Shown here: piece by piece, positions 57,808-64,000 of the stretch
How positions within the stretch are numbered: position 1 is the stretch's first letter
How the letters are laid out: every line of letters begins with the position of its first letter
Source of the DNA: Arenicellales bacterium
Lineage (GTDB): Bacteria > Pseudomonadota > Gammaproteobacteria > Arenicellales > JAJDZL01
Direction: 5' to 3'
NCBI GenBank assembly: GCA_965200545.1
Contig: CBDAUJ010000002.1
Span: 1,288,850 to 1,352,849, forward strand
DNA: 64,000 nt
Translations under genes and position numbers: made by a program
The notes under the pieces: generated by a model
The model's input: the letters and a program-made list of their open reading frames with translations, nothing else
Told to the model about the DNA's origin: nothing
Database searches by the model: none

Positions 57808-58279
57808 TCGGAAAACGATGCGGCGATGACTTGAAAGTCTGGCAAACCCAATGGACCGGGGGAGAGTAAGGAATGGCCTTGGCAGCGGCTATAGGCGGCC
57901 GGGTCAATTCGAAACCTGATGGAGTGTAAAAACCCCTGCTGATTCTCAGGAGATTGCAGGGGTGTTCCGCTTGATATTCAATAGGGCTTGGGATTCCCGT
58001 GTCTATTGGGAAAGTTGATCCTGAGCATGCAATGCCCAGGAGCTCAAGGGAAACGCGTGTGTGTCAAGAGGAATCTGACCCGTTCGGCTGCCTCGCAAGC
58101 TTGTCGGATTGGGCATATTCTGAAAGTCTTTGCCAGCACTGGGCGGGCTTGTCCAGTTGCGGTGCAGACAGAGTAAAAAGTCATTGCAGTCGATTTGCTT
58201 TACCCGAGCAACTTCGCAATGCTGGAAGATTGCTTGCTACAGTGCTGACCCGACATATGTGAAGGCGCTGCCACCCCGT

Positions 58280-59017
58280 CTAAGGGCGACCGAGCAGTCT
58301 CTGAAGTTCTAGCTTGTGAGCGGCCGCCATCTGTGCCAGAGACTCAAAGCGAAAATCCGTGTCGGCATGGTGCTCAACCGCCGGCGTTGCGCCGGTCCCT
58401 GGCTGGTCCGCGCGGCGGTCGATCCAGCAGGTTGCGAGTCCCATCTGCGCCGCGGTGACCATATCGTGGAACTGGCTTTGCGCGACGTGCAGAATGTGCC
58501 GGCGCTCAATCCCCTTTTTTCGCAGCTCGCGCAGCATGTATTCGAAATTTCTCTTGTCCGGCTTGTACGAGCCGATGTCTTGCGCCGTGAAGACCGCATC
58601 AAACTCAACTTGAAGGTGTTTGGCGCTTGCGGCAAACCCGATGTGATCAACATTCGACAGAATTACACAGCCAAAGTATTGTTTCAGATAACGCAATGCG
58701 TCGCAGGTGTCTGCGAATGCAGGCCATTGCGCGATTGAGGCGGCAAAGCGCTGGTGCGCATCATCTGCGACGGCAATGTTGAGCTGCTGTGCGATATTGC
58801 GATGCGTCTGCGCAAGCAGATCGCTGTAGAGCAGCGCCGGCTCCCGGGCCAGCACGGTGCACTCGTTTTTTGCATACAGCAGCAGCATCTCTTCGCGGCT
58901 GCAACGGCCGCCGGTTTCCGCGAGCAGGGGTTGCAGTCCGTTGGCAAGGCCAGTTTCCCAGTCGATCAAGGTGCCGTAGCAATCGAAAGTCAAGGTTGAA
59001 AAATCTGAGATTAGCAC
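58280..59017 (-). CDS. haloacid dehalogenase, type II (HAD superfamily)
   Basis: 245 aa with the nucleophile motif FDCYGTLIDWE, then SNVD and the usual type II HAD spacing. It is markedly GC-rich compared with its neighbours. Confidence 0.8.
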   Translation of the reverse strand: MLISDFSTLTFDCYGTLIDWETGLANGLQPLLAETGGRCSREEMLLLYAKNECTVLAREPALLYSDLLAQTHRNIAQQLNIAVADDAHQRFAASIAQWPAFADTCDALRYLKQYFGCVILSNVDHIGFAASAKHLQVEFDAVFTAQDIGSYKPDKRNFEYMLRELRKKGIERRHILHVAQSQFHDMVTAAQMGLATCWIDRRADQPGTGATPAVEHHADTDFRFESLAQMAAAHKLELQRLLGRP

Positions 59018-59169
59018 TACATTACTTGATTGTCTGTATGATTTGCCGTATCGGCGCTTTGCCTGGGTGTATATAATTTTATCTCAGTCGTCACTCGCGG
59101 TCGTTTGCTTTAGCGGCAACTGATGCGTTGACTGTATCGGATCTTGAGAAAGATGCCATGCATACAAAG

Positions 59170-59254
59170 GCGAAAGTGGCGGAATTGGCAGACGCGCTGG
59201 TTTTAGGTGCCAGTGGGGCAACCCGTGGGAGTTCGAGTCTCCCCTTTCGCACCA
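59170..59254 (+). tRNA. tRNA-Leu (anticodon UAG), CCA encoded
   Basis: Folded by hand. Acceptor stem GCGAAAG/CTTTCGC, anticodon stem CTGGT/GCCAG with loop TTTAGGT, a long variable arm, T-arm GGGAG-TTCGAGT-CTCCC, and 3' ACCA. Confidence 0.9.
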
Positions 59255-59282
59255 TGTATTTGATTGATCCGACTGCAACCGA

Positions 59283-60734
59283 ATGAATGTAGAAATTGAG
59301 CAGCTGAGTTCTGCTGAAATCAGAGTCACGGTTCATTTGCCCTTGGATGAGGTGGATCGCAGCGTCGATCAGCAGCTCTACCGCCTTGCACAGACTACAA
59401 CAGCGCCCGGATTTCGAAAAGGCAAGATTCCCAAAAACCTTGTCCGCCAGCGCCACGGCGAAACCGTTCGGCAAAAGACGATATTGGACATGATCGATCT
59501 TTTTGTCAGGCAAAAACTGCAGGAAAGTCCATACAATCCAATCTCGCCGCTGCGACTCGAAAGTCAGCAAGACAATAAAGAATCCAATCATTGCGAGGTG
59601 CTTTTGCGAGCCGAAGTGCTGCCGGAAATAAAGACCACCGACATCACCGGCCTCAAGACGGTGTCGCCCGTTGTCGAGGTGACTGCGCAAGATCTTGATG
59701 CGGCCCTGGAAAGGTGGCAGAAAGAATATCAGCTGTGGCTGCCGGTGGACCGCGCTGCCCAAGAATCTGATCGACTCGTTGTGAATTGGGATATCGGCAG
59801 CAAGAACTCCAATGCGGTTGTCTCGATCGGCCGGCAAGTCGTTGAATTCGACGCGCCGGACCTGCATCCGCAGATTCGAGAGGCTTGCCTTGGAGCCGCC
59901 AAAGGCCAGCGAGTGAAAGCTTTGGTTGAGTCTGCAGCACAATCTCCTGAGGAGGATGATCACATCGATGCAGATGTGGGCGATGAACCTGCTTCGCATA
60001 CGCACTACTTGGATATTCTGGAGGTGCAGGAGGCAGTTCCTGGAAAGCATACACTGGCCTTTTTGGGGCGGCTTGATGTGAAATCTGAACAGGATGAGAA
60101 CTTTCGGGAGAAAGCGCTGAAACATCTGAAAGAAGTGACGGACAGCGCGGTGAATGAAACCAAGACTGCTCAGGTCATCAACCTGATCGCCGGCCGGAAT
60201 GAATTTATACTGCCCCATTCGCTGGTGCTCGCCACGATTAAGAAACGGCTTATGGACGAAACCGGCTGCAGCCCTGAGCAGGCAGATCATTACATTCAGT
60301 ATCAAGTCACAAGTGATGAATACACGCTAGCCTATCAGCGCACCCTTACCCAGTTGATTGTCGCGAAAATTGGACAAGATCGAAATCTGCAGGTGGATGA
60401 GCAAAAAGCGCTGGATGACCGCGCCGAGCTGGAAGCAAGATACGCGTCGAATGAAGAGATGTCCGACAGCGACCGACAGGTTTGGGTGAATTACTTTATG
60501 GAAATGCGGGATCATTCTCGCATGGCAGAACTTTTGGATGAAACTTTCTTGACAATGCTTGATGAGTCGAATTGCGAGCAGATTTCAATGAGTCTGGATG
60601 AGTTCCACCAATGGGCGCGGGAATTCGATGTGATTGCGCATCAAGATAGCAAAGAAAAACTTTTGCCTCCAGCTGCAGGCGAAGCCAGCCGCATCGTTGG
60701 CGCCGATGGACAGCCATTGCAAAGCCTGAGCTGA
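59283..60734 (+). CDS. tig: trigger factor
   Basis: 483 aa with the N-terminal ribosome-binding motif GFRKGKIP, in the conserved tig-clpP-clpX-lon context. Confidence 0.9.
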   Translation: MNVEIEQLSSAEIRVTVHLPLDEVDRSVDQQLYRLAQTTTAPGFRKGKIPKNLVRQRHGETVRQKTILDMIDLFVRQKLQESPYNPISPLRLESQQDNKESNHCEVLLRAEVLPEIKTTDITGLKTVSPVVEVTAQDLDAALERWQKEYQLWLPVDRAAQESDRLVVNWDIGSKNSNAVVSIGRQVVEFDAPDLHPQIREACLGAAKGQRVKALVESAAQSPEEDDHIDADVGDEPASHTHYLDILEVQEAVPGKHTLAFLGRLDVKSEQDENFREKALKHLKEVTDSAVNETKTAQVINLIAGRNEFILPHSLVLATIKKRLMDETGCSPEQADHYIQYQVTSDEYTLAYQRTLTQLIVAKIGQDRNLQVDEQKALDDRAELEARYASNEEMSDSDRQVWVNYFMEMRDHSRMAELLDETFLTMLDESNCEQISMSLDEFHQWAREFDVIAHQDSKEKLLPPAAGEASRIVGADGQPLQSLS

Positions 60735-60777
60735 TGGAATACATTTGGACATAAACAAGTTGAGAAGAACAGATAGC

Positions 60778-61401
60778 ATGCAGCGGCGACACAACATGTC
60801 AATTGGGCTTGAAACGGCGGCATTGGTGCCGATGGTGGTTGAAACAACCGGCCGCGGCGAGCGCGCATATGACATTTATTCGCGTTTGCTCAAGGAGAGA
60901 GTCATTTTTCTGGTCGGCGCTGTCGAAGATCATATGGCGAATCTGGTGGTTGCGCAATTGCTGTTTTTAGAGTCCGAAAGCGCCGACAAAGACATTCACT
61001 TGTATGTCAACAGTCCGGGAGGCGCAGTCAATGCTGGGCTGGCAATCTACGACACAATGCAATTTGTCAAACCTGATGTCAGCACAGTGTGCGTCGGTCA
61101 GGCTGCCAGTATGGGTGCTTTGATTCTCGCCGGCGGCGCGAGTGGAAAGCGACATGCGCTGCCGCATTCCAGAATTATGATCCACCAGCCAATGGGCGGC
61201 GCTCAGGGCCAGGCTTCGGATATTGATATTCAAGCAAAGGAAATACTGCGATTGCGCGAGCGGCTCAATCAGATCATGGTCAAGCATACAGGCAAGACGA
61301 TCAAGACGGTGCGCAAAGATACCGACAGGGACTACTTCATGGAGAGCGAGGAAGCGCTTGAGTATGGCATTATTGATTCGGTCATTGAAAACCGTGCCTG
61401 A
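60778..61401 (+). CDS. clpP: ATP-dependent Clp protease proteolytic subunit
   Basis: [30 protein letters not shown], catalytic Ser in GQAASMGA, and His in IMIHQP. The start was chosen to give a propeptide of E. coli-like length; 60796 is also possible. Confidence 0.95.
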   Translation: MQRRHNMSIGLETAALVPMVVETTGRGERAYDIYSRLLKERVIFLVGAVEDHMANLVVAQLLFLESESADKDIHLYVNSPGGAVNAGLAIYDTMQFVKPDVSTVCVGQAASMGALILAGGASGKRHALPHSRIMIHQPMGGAQGQASDIDIQAKEILRLRERLNQIMVKHTGKTIKTVRKDTDRDYFMESEEALEYGIIDSVIENRA

Positions 61402-61472
61402 GAGACAGTACGGGCACGTGCATTTGAACCCAGCGAGAAGTGTTGATTTAGTGAATCGAAGAGGAGTTCTGT

Positions 61473-62738
61473 ATGGCTAGCAGACGAGGCGGAAATCAGG
61501 ATCGAGGACTTCATTGCTCCTTTTGCGGCAAGAGTCAGCATGAGGTCAAAAAGTTGATTGCCGGTCCTTCGGTGTTTGTTTGTGATGAATGCGTTGAGTT
61601 ATGCAACGACATTATTCGCAGCGAGACCACATCAGATGACGCCGGTCACGGCGATGTCCGTACGAAGTTTCCAACACCGGCAGAAATCTGCGCGCTGCTG
61701 GATGAATACGTCATTGGTCAGGCTGATGCCAAAAAAGTGCTTTCGGTTGCGGTTTACAATCACTACAAGCGAATCGAAAATGATGACTTGGTCAATGATG
61801 TCGATATCGCCAAAAGCAATATTCTGCTGATTGGACCGACCGGGTCAGGCAAGACGCTGTTAGCCGAAACCTTGGCACGGGAGCTGAACGTTCCGTTCAC
61901 CATGGCAGATGCGACCACTTTGACCGAGGCGGGGTATGTGGGCGAGGATGTCGAAAACATTATCCAGAAACTTTTGCAGAAGTGCGACTATGACATTGAG
62001 CGCGCCCAGGTAGGCATCGTCTACATTGATGAGATCGACAAGATTTCACGCAAGTCAGACAACCCGTCCATTACCCGTGATGTGTCCGGCGAAGGGGTGC
62101 AGCAGGCTTTGCTGAAACTCATTGAGGGCACCGTTGCCTCGGTGCCGCCGCAAGGCGGACGCAAGCATCCGCAGCAGGAATTTCTTCAGGTCGACACTCG
62201 CAATGTGCTGTTTATCTGCGGTGGGGCTTTTTCCGGACTTGAGAAAGTGATTCGTGACCGGCTTGAGAAAAACAGTATCGGCTTCAGTGCTGATATTGTC
62301 AGTGAGAAAGAGCAGAATCTAGTCGACACTCTGCGCAGCATTGAGCCTGAGGATTTGATCAAATTTGGATTGATTCCAGAATTTGTCGGACGCTTGCCAG
62401 TCGTCGCAACTCTTGAAGAGCTTGATGAATCTGCGTTGATGCAGATTCTGGTGGAACCCAAAAATGCCCTGTACAAGCAGTATAAAGTACTGTTCTCATT
62501 GGAAGATACAGAGCTGGAAATCCGCCACGAAGGCCTGCAGGCGATCGCCCGAAAAGCCATGGAAAGAAAAACTGGCGCACGTGGCTTGCGCTCCATTTTG
62601 GAAAATGCGCTGCTTGAGACCATGTATGAAATTCCTTCTATTGCCGATGTCAAGAAAGTTGTTGTGGACGAAGACGTAATCGGCGGCGACAAAAAACCGT
62701 ACTATATCTATGAAGATGATGCTCGACAGGCATCCTGA
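61473..62738 (+). CDS. clpX: ATP-dependent Clp protease ATP-binding subunit
   Basis: 421 aa with the zinc finger CSFCGK...CDEC, Walker A GPTGSGKT and the GYVGEDVE pore loop. Confidence 0.95.
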   Translation: MASRRGGNQDRGLHCSFCGKSQHEVKKLIAGPSVFVCDECVELCNDIIRSETTSDDAGHGDVRTKFPTPAEICALLDEYVIGQADAKKVLSVAVYNHYKRIENDDLVNDVDIAKSNILLIGPTGSGKTLLAETLARELNVPFTMADATTLTEAGYVGEDVENIIQKLLQKCDYDIERAQVGIVYIDEIDKISRKSDNPSITRDVSGEGVQQALLKLIEGTVASVPPQGGRKHPQQEFLQVDTRNVLFICGGAFSGLEKVIRDRLEKNSIGFSADIVSEKEQNLVDTLRSIEPEDLIKFGLIPEFVGRLPVVATLEELDESALMQILVEPKNALYKQYKVLFSLEDTELEIRHEGLQAIARKAMERKTGARGLRSILENALLETMYEIPSIADVKKVVVDEDVIGGDKKPYYIYEDDARQAS

Positions 62739-62792
62739 GCAGATACAGGCTAATGCGGCAGATCACTGATTACCCAAGCCAGGAAAACAAGC

Positions 62793-64000
62793 ATGCCGGA
62801 CCGTAAAGAAGATCCTTTGCCAGAGCCACTGCAGCTTCCGCTGCTGCCGCTGCGGGACGTTGTTGTGTTTCCTAACTTCGTCATCCCGCTTTTCGTTGGA
62901 CGCAAATCATCAAAGATTGCACTGGCCAATGCGAATTCAGCGCAGCCGCTGGTCATTCTAGTCGCTCAGCACGATCCGGTTGTGGAAAATCCGGGTCCGG
63001 ATGATGTCTACCATACAGGCTGTGTTGCGCGGATTAAACAGACTGTCGTGCTCAGCGACACGTCCAGGAAAGTCGTTATCGAAGGTCTGTGGCGCGCCCA
63101 GATCAAGAAGTTTCACAAGCAAGATGGCTTCGTGACTGCCGATACGGTCCCGGTTAAGGTGGTTCCGCTCAAGAAAAGGCTGGCAAAGTCTTCCATCGCC
63201 ACCATGCTTGCTGAGTTTGAGGAATACGTCAAGAACAGCCAAAAGATTCCACCGGATATTCTCGGAACCCTGGAGCACATAGACGATCCCGGGCGGCTGA
63301 TTGATGTCGTCGCTGCGCATCTGATCACTCAGAGCGTCGCCGAGAAGCAGGCCATATTGGAACTGGCGGATGAAAAACAGCGATTTGAGGAAGTCATGGT
63401 CATCATGTCTTCGGATGCAGAGCGTTTTCAGGTTGAGAGGAAGATTCGAGGAAGGGTCAAGAAGCAGATGGAAAAAAGCCAGCGCGAATACTTCCTCAAT
63501 GAACAGCTCAAAGCCATTCATCAGGAACTCGGCAATGGTGAAGAGAGCAAAACCGAGGTTGAGGAGCTGGCTGAGAAGATTGCGGATGCCGGAATGCCGC
63601 AGGACGCGCTCGACAAGTCTATGGCGGAACTGAAGAAACTGAAAATGATGTCGCCGATGTCGGCCGAGGCCACCGTAGTGAGAAACTACATTGATTGGCT
63701 GATTGCAATGCCGTGGAAAAAACGTTCCCGAATTAAAAAGAATATTCGGTCGGCGGAACAGATTCTCAATGAGGATCATTATGGACTTGAGAAAGTCAAA
63801 GAGCGGATTCTTGAATATTTGGCGGTCCAGCAAAGGGTGCGCAAGAACAAAGGCCCGATTCTGTGCCTGGTCGGACCGCCCGGGGTCGGCAAAACATCCT
63901 TAGGACAGTCCGTGGCGCGGGCAACCAATCGTAAATTCCTTCGCATGTCGCTCGGCGGCGTCAGAGATGAGGCGGAAATTCGCGGGCACCGCCGCACCTA
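62793..64000 (+). CDS. lon: Lon protease (5' part; continues beyond the window)
   Basis: The ORF is absent from the ORF track because it has no stop inside the window. Translation from the ATG at 62793 gives [23 protein letters not shown]... and reaches Walker [10 protein letters not shown] at the window end. Confidence 0.9.
   Translation, partial: MPDRKEDPLPEPLQLPLLPLRDVVVFPNFVIPLFVGRKSSKIALANANSAQPLVILVAQHDPVVENPGPDDVYHTGCVARIKQTVVLSDTSRKVVIEGLWRAQIKKFHKQDGFVTADTVPVKVVPLKKRLAKSSIATMLAEFEEYVKNSQKIPPDILGTLEHIDDPGRLIDVVAAHLITQSVAEKQAILELADEKQRFEEVMVIMSSDAERFQVERKIRGRVKKQMEKSQREYFLNEQLKAIHQELGNGEESKTEVEELAEKIADAGMPQDALDKSMAELKKLKMMSPMSAEATVVRNYIDWLIAMPWKKRSRIKKNIRSAEQILNEDHYGLEKVKERILEYLAVQQRVRKNKGPILCLVGPPGVGKTSLGQSVARATNRKFLRMSLGGVRDEAEIRGHRRT

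Noticed and set aside
57933-57962. The hairpin cccctgc-N16-gcagggg downstream of the frameshifted gene as a rho-independent terminator.
   Set aside because: The stem is 7 bp, the loop is 16 nt and there is no U-tract, so it is not a convincing intrinsic terminator.
59091-60305. A 404-aa ORF antisense to tig that also covers tRNA-Leu.
   Set aside because: Its codons are in exact register with the tig codons (both start at positions divisible by 3). Its stops would correspond to sense TTA/CTA/TCA codons, which tig simply avoids. It has no motifs and runs through a tRNA gene. The same reasoning applies to 62958-63833, antisense to lon.
1-64000. CRISPR arrays, rRNA genes, retron/RT, restriction-modification or toxin-antitoxin pairs.
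   Set aside because: No regularly spaced repeats, no rRNA-like sequence, and no ORFs with the corresponding hallmark motifs were seen. The only anti-defence-type gene is the ArdC-like ORF.

Overview
The window looks like chromosome from a moderately AT-rich proteobacterium, probably gamma or beta; I cannot name the taxon. It has three parts.

(1) Housekeeping genes at 1-14.1 kb: gshA, an ABC-2 permease/GldG/DUF4340 trio, ilvD, ispG, birA and ppx. Two mobile elements interrupt this stretch: a 150-bp MITE-like element immediately after ilvD, and a GC-rich 1284-bp IS1595-family element 44 bp upstream of birA.

(2) A 36.6-kb island at 14533-51177, resembling an integrative conjugative element (ICE) and bounded by a perfect 21-bp direct repeat. 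It carries two tyrosine recombinases, a PFGI-1/ICEclc/SPI-7-type mating-pore (Mpf) operon (TraG, VirB4/TraC-like ATPase and the usual small membrane proteins), a type IVb pilus cluster (pilL-N-O-P-Q-R-S-V, a peptidase and a PilM-position gene), ArdC, and a ParB/DUF2857/STY4528-like maintenance module.
- No ORF in the island can be a relaxase, coupling protein, ParA or DnaB.
- A second, inverted IS1595 copy sits in the 10-nt pilQ-pilR spacer.
- A 5-kb block of housekeeping-type genes (dapE, argD, an orphan ABC ATPase, a TerC/YjbE-type protein) is wedged between two normally adjacent Mpf genes.

(3) Right flank at 51.2-64 kb: an amine-catabolism-like cluster (HpaB-family oxygenase, RidA, class-III aminotransferase, trimethylamine-dehydrogenase-family flavoprotein), then a GC-rich patch with a frameshifted secreted-protein gene and a type II haloacid dehalogenase (HAD), then tRNA-Leu(UAG)-tig-clpP-clpX-lon (lon runs off the window).

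No CRISPR array, rRNA or recognisable defence system was seen. Family assignments rest on remembered motifs, protein size, topology and gene order only; no searches were run.
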